DNA of 64,000 nt. Source: a virus. Its lineage: Duplodnaviria > Heunggongvirae > Uroviricota > Caudoviricetes. Below, in pieces: positions 18,956 through 27,833 of the stretch. The position numbers were made by a program, and so were the translations under genes. Every line of letters starts with the position of its first letter. Positions within the stretch are counted from its first letter, which is position 1. The stretch covers positions 173,308 through 237,307 of IMG/VR virus record IMGVR_UViG_3300043395_001986; one strand, given 5' to 3'. A model generated the notes under the pieces. That model was not told the origin of the DNA. It was given only the letters and a program-made list of their open reading frames with translations, and did not search any database.

Positions 18956-19633
18956 ATGAGTAATCAACAACCACCAAGCGGGTTTAGAGACCTGTTAAAT
19001 AAAATGATGAGTCGTAGATGGTATATTACCGCTATGGTATTAGGTGGGTTTATGGTAATTATTGCAGGTATCTTTACCGCAATTAGTTTACAAACCCCAA
19101 TGGCGGCAGCATGGAAAGAATTACTAATGTTATTATTGGGTGCTTTCATTGGTAGCTATGGTAAAATCATAGATTACTGGTTTAGTGATACTGATAAGGA
19201 TAAAATGTTAGTACAAAAGATGGATGAAGAAGATGGTGTTACCCTTTCACATACAAACGATATGAAAGAAAGTAACAAAGAAATCGCACCAACCATTCCA
19301 GATGCATTTGTACAAGGAGCAGCAGCTGCAAGTAAATTAGCAGTAGTTGAAAACCTACAAAACTTTGAATTAGCTAAAATGGAAGTAAATGTAAAATCAG
19401 AACCAAATAATCCACAACATAGTGAAACTCCGTTCAAAGCACAACCTAGAACAGGTGTTGAAGTGGATGAGGATGGTGATGGTAAAATGGATGGTATTGA
19501 TTTTGATGGTGATGGTGTAATTGATATGTATTTTGCACATCGTCAATGTGAGCATGTATGGGGTGATGCAGACCACGATGGACACGATGAGTGCCAAAAA
19601 TGCGGTTTATTAAAAGAAAAATATAACGGATAA
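18956..19633 (+). CDS. Membrane protein with Asp/Gly-rich Ca-binding-like repeats and His/Cys-rich C-terminus
   Basis: Two TM helices near N-terminus; EVDEDGDGKMDGIDFDGDGVID (EF-hand/D-x-D-G-like repeats); HRQCEHVWGDADHDGHDECQKCG metal-binding cluster. Confidence 0.45.
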   Translation: MSNQQPPSGFRDLLNKMMSRRWYITAMVLGGFMVIIAGIFTAISLQTPMAAAWKELLMLLLGAFIGSYGKIIDYWFSDTDKDKMLVQKMDEEDGVTLSHTNDMKESNKEIAPTIPDAFVQGAAAASKLAVVENLQNFELAKMEVNVKSEPNNPQHSETPFKAQPRTGVEVDEDGDGKMDGIDFDGDGVIDMYFAHRQCEHVWGDADHDGHDECQKCGLLKEKYNG

Positions 19634-19669
19634 AGGTTACATAGTTAATAACAATTAAAAACAAAAGCT

Positions 19670-19945
19670 ATGGGATTTTTTAAAGATTTAGTAAGTGATG
19701 ATAATCACATAAACGAAAAATCAGTAATCGGTATCTTATCATTCTTTGTAATGGTATTATGTATGATTGTTGATTTAGTAACTGGTGCAATGAACAAACC
19801 ATTATTAATTAATGAATTTGTATTCAATGCATTTATGTATCTAACTTTAGGAGCATTTGGTATTGGTTCTATTGATAAATTCATCAATAAGAAATCAATA
19901 ACGGATAAAGCTAAAATAGATGCCGGTGTTGAAGAAGAAGGATAA
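19670..19945 (+). CDS. Small two-TM membrane protein (holin-like topology)
   Basis: 91 aa with two hydrophobic helices (VIGILSFFVMVLCMIVDLV; FVFNAFMYLTLGAFGIGS) and charged C-terminus; followed by a strong terminator. Confidence 0.4.
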   Translation: MGFFKDLVSDDNHINEKSVIGILSFFVMVLCMIVDLVTGAMNKPLLINEFVFNAFMYLTLGAFGIGSIDKFINKKSITDKAKIDAGVEEEG

Positions 19946-19962
19946 TAATTTGATAATATTAT

Positions 19963-19993
19963 AAACCCTCACTTTTGGTGAGGGTTTTTTATT
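19963..19993 (+). terminator. Rho-independent terminator
   Basis: AAACCCTCAC-ttttg-GTGAGGGTTT followed by TTTATTTATT; perfect 10-bp stem. Confidence 0.75.
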
Positions 19994-20000
19994 TATTGTT

Positions 20001-20696
20001 ATGAAAGAAAAATTGACGATTGTTATTCCGTGTAAAAACGAAAAAGATAACATATATGAGTGTATTTCATTTATTGCAAAACAAGTGGGTTCCGCAGGAC
20101 TTAAAGTTATTATTGCAGATAACTCCGATGAAGGAGATAGTTTAGATTTTTTGTATTTTGTTCAAAGAGATTTTAAATATTGTTTGGATATTCAAATCAT
20201 AGAAGGTGGATTTCCTGCAAAAGCTCGTTTAGAAGGTAGTAAATTGGTTGAAACACCTTATATTCTTTTTTTAGATGCAGATATAATGTTGCAAAATAAA
20301 TTTGTATTAGGTGAATGTTTAGTATACGATACGGATTTAGTGACCGTTCCATTTCAAACCGAAAAAGGATTTAATTGGATATTTAGATTATTTGATATTC
20401 AGCAAAGATTGAGTAATTGGTTGGGAACACCATTTGCAATTGGTGGTTTTCAATTTTGGAAAACAGAAGCATATTGGAAAACTGGTGGATATGATGAAAC
20501 ACATTTATTTGCAGAAGATTATTGGGTATCACAAAAAACAGAGGTAATGAAAATACACAAAACAAAAGGTGTATGGACATCCGCAAGAAGATTTAAAAAT
20601 AAAGGATTTTTTTATATGTTTTGGTTGAGTATAAAATGTTACTTTAATAGAAATAATCCAGAATTTTTCAAAAAACATCACAACTATTGGATATGA
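20001..20696 (+). CDS. Glycosyltransferase family 2
   Basis: MKEKLTIVIPCKNEKDNIYECISFIAKQ (GT2 N-terminus), FLDADIML (DxD). Confidence 0.6.
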   Translation: MKEKLTIVIPCKNEKDNIYECISFIAKQVGSAGLKVIIADNSDEGDSLDFLYFVQRDFKYCLDIQIIEGGFPAKARLEGSKLVETPYILFLDADIMLQNKFVLGECLVYDTDLVTVPFQTEKGFNWIFRLFDIQQRLSNWLGTPFAIGGFQFWKTEAYWKTGGYDETHLFAEDYWVSQKTEVMKIHKTKGVWTSARRFKNKGFFYMFWLSIKCYFNRNNPEFFKKHHNYWI

Positions 20697-20763
20697 AAAA
20701 GAAAATCTATTTTAATGAAGCATTGATTGGTGCTTCAATTTTAATGATAATCCTTATTAAACT

Positions 20764-21495
20764 ATGCACTCTATAAAATACAAAGCTATTATTGTTTCTG
20801 ATTTGCATTTAGGAACAAAAGATAGTAAAGCAGAAGAATTTATTGAATTTATTGAAAACCACCCAACAGAATTATTAATTTTGAATGGAGATATCGTAGA
20901 TGGTTGGGCAATCAATAGAGGTGCAAAATGGAAAAAACAACACACAAAAGTAATAAGTAAATTATTAAAACTTTCAAATAAAACACAAATCATTTGGATA
21001 AGAGGAAATCATGACGAATTTATACAAGAATTTATCGGAAATCATTTCGGTGGAATTGAAATTAGAGAAGATTATATTATCGACTTACCTAATTCTAATA
21101 AGAGTTATTATGTTTTCCACGGAGATGTTATTGATGTTTTTATAACAAAATATAAATGGTTGGCAAAAATAGGGTCAGTAGGATACGATTTTGCACTTTG
21201 GTTAAATAGATGGTATAATCATTATCGTAAATGGAGAAATTTACCATATCAATCTATATCACAAAAAATAAAAAGTGGAGTAAAAGCGGCAACTAATTAT
21301 ATAAACGATTTCGAAACAACCGCATTATCTATGGCAACTAAAAAAGGTTGTGATGGAGTAATGTGTGGACATATTCATCAACCCGAAGATAGAACTATAA
21401 ATGGAAAGCATTATGTTAATTCTGGAGATTGGGTAGAAAATATGACTGCGATTTGTATAGATAAAGATGAAAATCTATATTTATACAAAAAGTAG
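20764..21495 (+). CDS. Calcineurin-like metallophosphoesterase (LpxH/YmdB-like)
   Basis: Metallophosphatase motifs IIVSDLHLG (D-x-H), GDIVDGW (GD), IRGNHDE (GNHD/E), FHGDVID, CGHIHQP (GH-x-H). Confidence 0.65.
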   Translation: MHSIKYKAIIVSDLHLGTKDSKAEEFIEFIENHPTELLILNGDIVDGWAINRGAKWKKQHTKVISKLLKLSNKTQIIWIRGNHDEFIQEFIGNHFGGIEIREDYIIDLPNSNKSYYVFHGDVIDVFITKYKWLAKIGSVGYDFALWLNRWYNHYRKWRNLPYQSISQKIKSGVKAATNYINDFETTALSMATKKGCDGVMCGHIHQPEDRTINGKHYVNSGDWVENMTAICIDKDENLYLYKK

Positions 21496-21500
21496 TATGT

Positions 21501-22223
21501 ATGAAAAATTTATTAGTGTTATTAAGTTTCTTTTTGTTAAGCAGTGTTGCGGGTGTTGCGCAAACAATAGGAGTAACAAAAACAGAAGAGTTTAAAGCAG
21601 ATTTCGAAAAGAAGAAAGATATATCTGCATATTTGGATTACGATGGTCCAAAGAAAAATATCCAAATCTTAAAGTGTGGTATCGGTGAAGAAGTATATGA
21701 AATGTATCCTGAACTAAAAGAAAAGAGAGTTGGATTGGGTGTTGCAAATATCGTATTGGAATATTTGGATAACCTTAATCGTTTTGAATTTACCGAAGAT
21801 AAGACAGAAATCAAAAACAGAATGGTGCAACAATTTAAAGCATCAAACGCTGGTATTTCTGAAAACAAAATTGAAGGTAGAGGAAAGATTAAATTAGCAA
21901 ACTATTTTGTTGAAATCGAAGTATACGATTATTCAGTATCAGAAGATGAAACTATCAACTTAAAAGATGGTATCAAAGACAATATGGTAACTCGTTTAGG
22001 TTTACAGGTTAGATTCACAAATGCGGAAAATGGTTCAATTATAGCAGCATCTGGTTTGGGTGAAGCTAAAACAAATAGACAATTAACATTAGTTTCAGAT
22101 GCATCAGTAGACCCCATTAAATTCAATCAATCAACTATATCTATATCTACAAAGAAAGCATTGGATATAGCATGTGCAAATATATTAGATAAAATGATTA
22201 AAAAAGGTGTATTCACTAAATAG
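21501..22223 (+). CDS. Secreted protein of unknown function (possible CsgG/LpoB-like fold)
   Basis: Sec signal MKNLLVLLSFFLLSSVAGVAQT; no catalytic motif recognised. Confidence 0.45.
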   Translation: MKNLLVLLSFFLLSSVAGVAQTIGVTKTEEFKADFEKKKDISAYLDYDGPKKNIQILKCGIGEEVYEMYPELKEKRVGLGVANIVLEYLDNLNRFEFTEDKTEIKNRMVQQFKASNAGISENKIEGRGKIKLANYFVEIEVYDYSVSEDETINLKDGIKDNMVTRLGLQVRFTNAENGSIIAASGLGEAKTNRQLTLVSDASVDPIKFNQSTISISTKKALDIACANILDKMIKKGVFTK

Positions 22224-22324
22224 ATTATGGGAAGTGCAGCAAAAAAACCAAGACCAATGAAAAGTAGAAGAAGTGGTGTAAAGAAAAAACAATTAGTAGA
22301 TGCAAATTTAGCAATCTTAAAGAA

Positions 22325-22555
22325 ATGCACTACGAAGTAATAGATGTTCCACAAAACAATCCATGTCAAAATTGTACACCATGTATGAGAATGAAATTGA
22401 TGGAAATGGGATTCGTAGAAGGACAAGAAATAGAAGTTACGGAAAAAATGAAGGGATTGTATGTAGTTGATATGATTTCTGAAAATGGACATGTAGAACA
22501 AACAATTGCATTAAGAAAAGAAGAATTAGATAGAATTTGCTATAAAATTAAATAA
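22325..22555 (+). CDS. FeoA-like small SH3-fold protein
   Basis: RMKLMEMGFVEGQEIEVTEKMKGLYVVDMISENGHVEQTIALRKEELDRI resembles FeoA domain (..L..lGf..G..v.v.......gp..v...g....l....a..i.v). Confidence 0.4.
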   Translation: MHYEVIDVPQNNPCQNCTPCMRMKLMEMGFVEGQEIEVTEKMKGLYVVDMISENGHVEQTIALRKEELDRICYKIK

Positions 22556-22557
22556 CT

Positions 22558-22854
22558 ATGAAAAATTTATTATTATTGGCAACATTGTTATTAGGAATAG
22601 CAAGTTGCACACCGGTTAGATATGTAATGATTGACCCTAAAGACTCTACAAAAGTAGTAGAAATTAGAAAGAGAGTAATTTATGATGATACATATTTACA
22701 CACACCTTTATATTTTAATTATTGGGGGTCTCCATATTATAGATTTAACTATTCACCTAGAATTGTAGTTCCTATTAGACCTACACCTCCTGTTCGTATT
22801 CAACCATCACCAAGACCAATGCCTAAATACATGCCAAGAGGAGGCAGACATTAA
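22558..22854 (+). CDS. Small Pro-rich lipoprotein
   Basis: Lipobox LLGIASC; C-terminal Pro-rich IRPTPPVRIQPSPRPMPKYMPRGGRH. Confidence 0.45.
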   Translation: MKNLLLLATLLLGIASCTPVRYVMIDPKDSTKVVEIRKRVIYDDTYLHTPLYFNYWGSPYYRFNYSPRIVVPIRPTPPVRIQPSPRPMPKYMPRGGRH

Positions 22855-22855
22855 A

Positions 22856-24355
22856 ATGAAAAAATGGATTGTTACTCTTACGATATTAATTGTTACAATC
22901 CTAACGGCAAATAAAGCCGAAAGCCAGACTTATACTCAAACTTTTATAGATAAGTGTACCGGTGAGGCAAAAATAGCAACTACAACGATTATAAACGGAA
23001 ATGCGACGGTTTCTTTCTATAATGAAGTAAGAACATTCACGCCATTAGAAGTTCAATCAGGTGTAACGCAAGTATGGTTAAATGCAACCTATGCAAAATA
23101 TCAAACAATGGGTTGCCCTACTAATCAAGTAGTAGCACAGACTGTACAAGCGACGGTAAATCAAGCAGCATCAACAGCAGCGGCAGCGGCTGCCTCATCA
23201 GCAGCGAGTTCAGCCGCTTCATCTGCGGCTAGTTCATCGGCATCTGCAGCGGCAAGTAGTTCTGCAAGTTCGGCAGCATCTTCATCAGCAAGTTCTGCAA
23301 GTAGTTCAGCAGCAAGTAGTGGAGCGAGTGCATCCACATCATCTGCACCACCACCTTCAAGTAGTTCTTCATCATCAAGTTCTTCTACATCAAGTAGTAG
23401 TTCTTCATCTTCATCATCTTCAAGCTCAAGTAGTTCTTCATCTTCATCTTCGGAAAGTAAAACGGAAACAAAGAGTGAAGGTAGTTCTTCATCATCCGAG
23501 TCAAAGAGTGAGAATAAATCAGAAACAAAATCTGAAAGTAAATCGGAAGAAAAGAAATCGGAAAGTAAGAGTGAGGAAAAAAAGGAAGAGAAAAAGTCCG
23601 ATGAAAAGAAAGAAGAAAAAAAGGAAGAGAAGAAAGAGGAAAAAAAAGAAGAAAAGAAGGATGATAAAAAAGATGACAAAAAGAAAGAAAAGAAAATCAA
23701 TCTTAACCCACAATTGGTTTCATCGGATTTAACAACATCGGAAGGACCGGATAGAAAATATAATGCAATATTAGGATTGGGTTGGAGTAGAGCAAGTATG
23801 ACAGGAGAAAGTAGTGTATCAGTAAACGGAATGATATGGAGTTCTTTGGACCAATACGCATTGAGTGGTGGATATACTAAAATGGAATTTGAGGAAGGTG
23901 AATTAAAAGCAATACATTCATACGGAACTACATTTGCATACCTCAAAGGAACTTATATGAATATGTTGGGTTATACTTGGATTAAACCTGATATGAAAAG
24001 AGGAACGTATGGTTACAATGTTGGATTGATAAATCTATTAATGAAAAATGCAGATGGAAATTACAATTACAACTTAATGACTTCCGTTGTGGCGTTTTGG
24101 ACTAAACCTTATCAATATAGTAGAAAACTTACAATATCACCACAGGTATTTGGAATGAACTCACCAATATCATATAATGCAAAAACTGGAAATACATTAG
24201 TTACACGACATTATGGGTTTATGTTGGGTAGTTCGTTTGATTATAAAATTAGTAAAAGATTTGGATTTAGTTTCAATTATAGAGCAAGTGTAAACACACA
24301 ACCTGGTACACCAATTTTACATAATTTCCTTATAGGTAGTAGAATGGTTTTGTAA
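22856..24355 (+). CDS. Secreted protein: N-terminal domain + ~220-aa Ser/Ala then Ser then Lys/Glu low-complexity linker + C-terminal OM beta-barrel-like domain
   Basis: Signal peptide MKKWIVTLTILIVTILTANKAES; AAAAAASSAASSAASS...SSSSSSSS...KSESKSEEKKEEKKEEKK; C-terminal domain paralogous to 16932 ORF. Confidence 0.55.
   Translation: MKKWIVTLTILIVTILTANKAESQTYTQTFIDKCTGEAKIATTTIINGNATVSFYNEVRTFTPLEVQSGVTQVWLNATYAKYQTMGCPTNQVVAQTVQATVNQAASTAAAAAASSAASSAASSAASSSASAAASSSASSAASSSASSASSSAASSGASASTSSAPPPSSSSSSSSSSTSSSSSSSSSSSSSSSSSSSSSESKTETKSEGSSSSSESKSENKSETKSESKSEEKKSESKSEEKKEEKKSDEKKEEKKEEKKEEKKEEKKDDKKDDKKKEKKINLNPQLVSSDLTTSEGPDRKYNAILGLGWSRASMTGESSVSVNGMIWSSLDQYALSGGYTKMEFEEGELKAIHSYGTTFAYLKGTYMNMLGYTWIKPDMKRGTYGYNVGLINLLMKNADGNYNYNLMTSVVAFWTKPYQYSRKLTISPQVFGMNSPISYNAKTGNTLVTRHYGFMLGSSFDYKISKRFGFSFNYRASVNTQPGTPILHNFLIGSRMVL
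23160..23700 (+). repeat. Coding low-complexity / short tandem repeat tract (GCN/AGY Ser-Ala repeats then AAR/GAR Lys-Glu repeats)
   Basis: Directly visible nucleotide periodicity (gcagcaagttc.., aagaaagaggaaaaaaaagaagaaaag..) inside 22856 ORF. Confidence 0.6.
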
Positions 24356-24386
24356 GATTATTATATTTATTTTAAACTCTTTATTA

Positions 24387-25022
24387 ATGAAAAAATTATT
24401 GTTATTGACTACTTTGTTATTTGCATTTGTAGTTACATTTTCGCAGGACGTAGTTGTATTCAAACACACAAACTACACATCGCATTTTAGTAAATCAAAA
24501 TTATATCCCGTTATGGTAGAATGGTGGGAAACCAAAGCAAAAGTTGGTTGTCCAAATCCATTACCAAGAAAAGATGCATTTCAACCAGACCCACAGGATA
24601 TGCAATTAACGGATATTAAAGCAGATTATGTTGGTAGTGGTTTTGATAGAGGACATATGAGTCCTGCAGCATCAAATCAATGTCAAACTGCAGATGTTCA
24701 AATTGAATGTTTTTATATGAGTAATATGGCAGCTCAATATCATAGTTTAAATGCAGGAGATTGGAAATCATTAGAAACTGCAACAAGAGAATGGGCAATC
24801 AAAGATGATAGTATTCATATTTGGGCAGGCAACATTGGTGAATTAAAAAGAATAGGTAGAGTAGCAGTACCAAAAATGTGCTGGAAAGTTGTACATGATT
24901 TAAAAACAAAAGAATGGTTTTTCTTTTTGTTTGATAATGTAGCTGATAAGCCAACGGGATTAAAATCACATGAAGTTTTAAGAGAAGATATAGAAAAACT
25001 TACAGGTTTTAAATTTAAATAA
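24387..25022 (+). CDS. Secreted DNA/RNA non-specific endonuclease (Serratia NucA-like, DRGH motif)
   Basis: Signal MKKLLLLTTLLFAFVVTFSQ; active-site motif GFDRGHMSPAA (DRGH) and downstream N/E residues. Confidence 0.7.
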   Translation: MKKLLLLTTLLFAFVVTFSQDVVVFKHTNYTSHFSKSKLYPVMVEWWETKAKVGCPNPLPRKDAFQPDPQDMQLTDIKADYVGSGFDRGHMSPAASNQCQTADVQIECFYMSNMAAQYHSLNAGDWKSLETATREWAIKDDSIHIWAGNIGELKRIGRVAVPKMCWKVVHDLKTKEWFFFLFDNVADKPTGLKSHEVLREDIEKLTGFKFK

Positions 25023-25062
25023 TTATATTTGATATACTTATTAAAAATAAAAGTATATCAAT

Positions 25063-25674
25063 ATGGTTATAGATGATTTATCCAATATTAAAAAAGAAGA
25101 TAATTCTTTTTTTCCTAATTTAGTACCCGATGGTTCTAAAAATTGGAGTAAGGGAACTACAAAACAGGGTTGGGGTGCAAGGCCTATATTAGAATCTGAA
25201 ATTAAAGAAGCACAAAAAAATGCTCAATCAGCATTTGAAGCAGCAAGAAATTTAGGAGTATCATATAATACCTATAAAAAATGGGCTAAAATATATGGTT
25301 TATTTGATGATGTAAAAAATCAAAGTGGAAAAGGTATATCAAAAGGTGGACAATTAAGAAGTGGTGCATACGCACTTACTGATATATTGGATGGAAATCA
25401 TCCAGATTATCCAATCGGAAAATTAAAAAGAAGATTGATGGATACGGGTACATTTCCTTGCAAATGCTTTAATTGTGAGTTAGAAGAAAAAAGAGTTACC
25501 GATGGAAAAGTTCCCTTATTATTAGATTTTATTGATGGTGATAAACGAAATAAAAAAGCAGAAAATTTAAGATTTTTATGTTATAATTGCTATTTTTATT
25601 TAAGTGGAAATTTAAATGGTTCAAATAGTACATTACAAATAGAAGAAGATGACACAGAAGATTCTGAATTTTAA
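25063..25674 (+). CDS. HTH + degenerate HNH-like zinc-ribbon protein
   Basis: HTH-like NLGVSYNTYKKWAKIYGL; C-terminal CKCFNCE...LDFIDGDKRNKKAENLRFLCYNCY resembles HNH (..H.D.......NL..LC..CH) with catalytic His replaced (F/Y). Confidence 0.4.
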   Translation: MVIDDLSNIKKEDNSFFPNLVPDGSKNWSKGTTKQGWGARPILESEIKEAQKNAQSAFEAARNLGVSYNTYKKWAKIYGLFDDVKNQSGKGISKGGQLRSGAYALTDILDGNHPDYPIGKLKRRLMDTGTFPCKCFNCELEEKRVTDGKVPLLLDFIDGDKRNKKAENLRFLCYNCYFYLSGNLNGSNSTLQIEEDDTEDSEF

Positions 25675-26545
25675 AGAAAAATATGATACCATCTATATAA
25701 ATGGAAGTTCACATGCAGCAGGTGGTGGATTTGAAATTTCAACAATAGAAGAAAAACAAAAACAAATAAAAGGATATAAAGAAATTTTAGATATAGAATA
25801 TTCTAATCCAAAAGAAGTTTCATATGCAAATAGATTATCTGAATTATTAAATATTAAAGTAGTAAATGAAGCTAAAAGTGGAGGCGGACCGGAACGAATA
25901 ATACGAAAAATACACCAATATATAAAAGATAATAGTATAGATAAATTAAAAAAAACATTATTCATTTTAGAAATACCTTCAACTAATAGATTGGATTTAT
26001 GGTCAAATGAATTTATGGAACATTTGGTTTGTAATATAGATTTTAAAAAAGGTTGGGATGGAAGATTACAAACATTTGATTTAGATTATATTCATTTAGT
26101 TAGAGAACATTGGCAAAAAGATGATATATTGGAAATGAAATATACAAAATATTTTGAAGCGATTCAGAATTTTATAAAATATTTTCATAATCCTGTTGTA
26201 TATGAACGAAAAATAGAAAATGAATTAATTGGATTATTTTCTATATTAAAACATATGGGAATAGATTTTTATATTATGCAATCGGGAATGGGGTTGGATT
26301 TTCATAACAAATATAATTTAGAATTAGAAGATAAACATTTTATTAAAATATTTGATGATATTCGTCCAAATATAATTCCACCAAAAGATAAATATTTTAC
26401 TTGTATATCAATATGGAGTGGTACAAAGGGGTTACGAATATTGGATGAAATAGGTAGAGAATACTCAAATGATTATCACGCTGGATATGAAGCTAATAAA
26501 ATTTGGGCAGAATTATTAGCAGATTTCATATTAAAAAATTATTAA
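25649..26545 (+). CDS. SGNH/GDSL-family hydrolase-like protein (paralog 5)
   Basis: Block I YINGSSHAAGGGF, block II NEAKSGGGPERI, block V NDYHAGYEANKIWAELLA; start overlaps upstream gene by 26 nt. Confidence 0.5.
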   Translation: MTQKILNFKEKYDTIYINGSSHAAGGGFEISTIEEKQKQIKGYKEILDIEYSNPKEVSYANRLSELLNIKVVNEAKSGGGPERIIRKIHQYIKDNSIDKLKKTLFILEIPSTNRLDLWSNEFMEHLVCNIDFKKGWDGRLQTFDLDYIHLVREHWQKDDILEMKYTKYFEAIQNFIKYFHNPVVYERKIENELIGLFSILKHMGIDFYIMQSGMGLDFHNKYNLELEDKHFIKIFDDIRPNIIPPKDKYFTCISIWSGTKGLRILDEIGREYSNDYHAGYEANKIWAELLADFILKNY

Positions 26546-26670
26546 ATATGAAAAATTGTCAGTACATTTATTGTATGATTATAGCATATATACAATAGTT
26601 ATAAGGGTATGAATATCAATGCATTAGATAAAAATACCCTAAAAAATTTGTTATTATCGGGGACATTCCC

Positions 26671-26678
26671 TATATTTG
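26671..26678 (+). promoter_or_regulatory. Bacteroidota-type -7 promoter element TATATTTG (TAnnTTTG)
   Basis: 22 nt upstream of ATG 26700; same octamer family recurs upstream of other genes. Confidence 0.4.
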
Positions 26679-26699
26679 TTAATCTAAAAAATAGAATTT

Positions 26700-26882
26700 A
26701 TGGCTAGTAAAAAGGATGAAATTTTCCAAACAATGAAAGCTTTGTGGGAAAAATTTGAAGTAGAAAACGCAAAATCAACAAAAGTATCTCAAAAAAATGC
26801 GAGAACTCTTATTGGCAACTTAAAGAAATTAGTAACTGAATACCGATTGGCTTCGGTAGAGGAAACGAAAAATAGTAATTAA
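26700..26882 (+). CDS. Hypothetical small protein
   Basis: 60-aa ORF bracketed by promoter-like motif and terminator. Confidence 0.4.
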   Translation: MASKKDEIFQTMKALWEKFEVENAKSTKVSQKNARTLIGNLKKLVTEYRLASVEETKNSN

Positions 26883-26890
26883 AAACCCAA

Positions 26891-26920
26891 AGGGTGTGAC
26901 AATTAGTCCACCCTTTTTTA
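26891..26920 (+). terminator. Rho-independent terminator
   Basis: AGGGTG-tgacaattagtc-CACCCT followed by TTTTTTA. Confidence 0.55.
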
Positions 26921-26945
26921 TTTCTTAATTTAAAAAACAACAACA

Positions 26946-26975
26946 AACATAAAGTGGGGGACAGAAATGTTCCCC
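26946..26975 (+). terminator. Terminator-like hairpin
   Basis: GGGGGACA-gaaa-TGTTCCCC (8 bp incl. one G-U) followed by ATTTTAATTT. Confidence 0.45.
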
Positions 26976-27042
26976 ATTTTAATTTGGAAAATTCAAAAAT
27001 AATTCGTATATTTAATATTATTAACAATTAAAACAAAAAGTT

Positions 27043-27249
27043 ATGGCAAAGTATTATTCAGTATTAGTTGCAGTAGAAGTAGAAGATGCAAAAGGTAAAA
27101 TCAAAAAACAAAAAGAGAATTATTTAGTAGATGCTCTTTCTTGTACCGAAGCAGAGGCTAAGTTAGTAAAGAAATTCACTGCCGAAGCAGTTCAATTGGA
27201 ATATGAAGTTGTTAAAGTTTCTGAAACTAAAATTATAGAAGTATTCTAA
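27043..27249 (+). CDS. Hypothetical small protein
   Basis: 68-aa ORF. Confidence 0.45.
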   Translation: MAKYYSVLVAVEVEDAKGKIKKQKENYLVDALSCTEAEAKLVKKFTAEAVQLEYEVVKVSETKIIEVF

Positions 27250-27250
27250 T

Positions 27251-27508
27251 ATGGCAATCGAAACAAAAGTTGAACAAATAAAAGAAATAGTATTAAAAAG
27301 AGTTCCACCAGGAGATAGATGGTCTCCTGTGGATTCTCCTTCTACTATTTTCGAGTCACTTACGGATGGGTTGGAATATCACTTCCAGGAAACTGGTCAA
27401 ACTGAATTTTTCTTATCGGCTCGTAAAGGGACGGTGGAAGTTATATTTAATAAAGAAGTTCAGGTTGAAAAACCAATAAAGAGATATTCACTATACGACG
27501 AAGAATAG
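27251..27508 (+). CDS. Hypothetical small protein
   Basis: 85-aa ORF, 1-nt spacing from previous. Confidence 0.45.
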   Translation: MAIETKVEQIKEIVLKRVPPGDRWSPVDSPSTIFESLTDGLEYHFQETGQTEFFLSARKGTVEVIFNKEVQVEKPIKRYSLYDEE

Positions 27509-27509
27509 T

Positions 27510-27821
27510 ATGAGTTTTATTATCGGAAATAAATGTGTCGGATGTATTGATGGAAGTTGTTTAAAAGTTTGTCCGGTTGATTGTATTCACGGACCATTTG
27601 ATATAAGCGGAATGGGAAAGGAATTATCAGATATAACGGAAGAACAAAGAAAAACAAATCAATTATACATTGATCCAGATGAATGTATTAAATGTGGAGC
27701 ATGTGTACCTGAATGTCCAGTTGATGCAATATATTCATCGGAACAAGAAGCAATATCGTTAAGTGACGAAATATCCGTTCATAAAAACTATGAATTTTTC
27801 GGTAAAAAATTTGGAAATTAA
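27510..27821 (+). CDS. 2[4Fe-4S] ferredoxin
   Basis: Two CxxCxxxCxxxCP-type clusters: CVGCIDGSCLKVCPVDCI and CIKCGACVPECPVDAI. Confidence 0.75.
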   Translation: MSFIIGNKCVGCIDGSCLKVCPVDCIHGPFDISGMGKELSDITEEQRKTNQLYIDPDECIKCGACVPECPVDAIYSSEQEAISLSDEISVHKNYEFFGKKFGN

Positions 27822-27833
27822 AAATATTATACT

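Noticed and set aside
22228-22341. 37-aa basic ORF as ribosomal protein THX-like
   Set aside because: Only a superficial Lys/Arg-rich resemblance, with no confident motif match. Kept only as an unverified small ORF in the small-ORF finding.
23161-23946. 261-aa minus-strand ORF and 137-aa plus-strand alternate-frame ORF (23319-23732) full of H/L/K/R runs
   Set aside because: They are frame and strand shadows of the Ser/Ala and Lys/Glu tandem-repeat tract inside the 22856 gene. Low complexity in all frames is expected.
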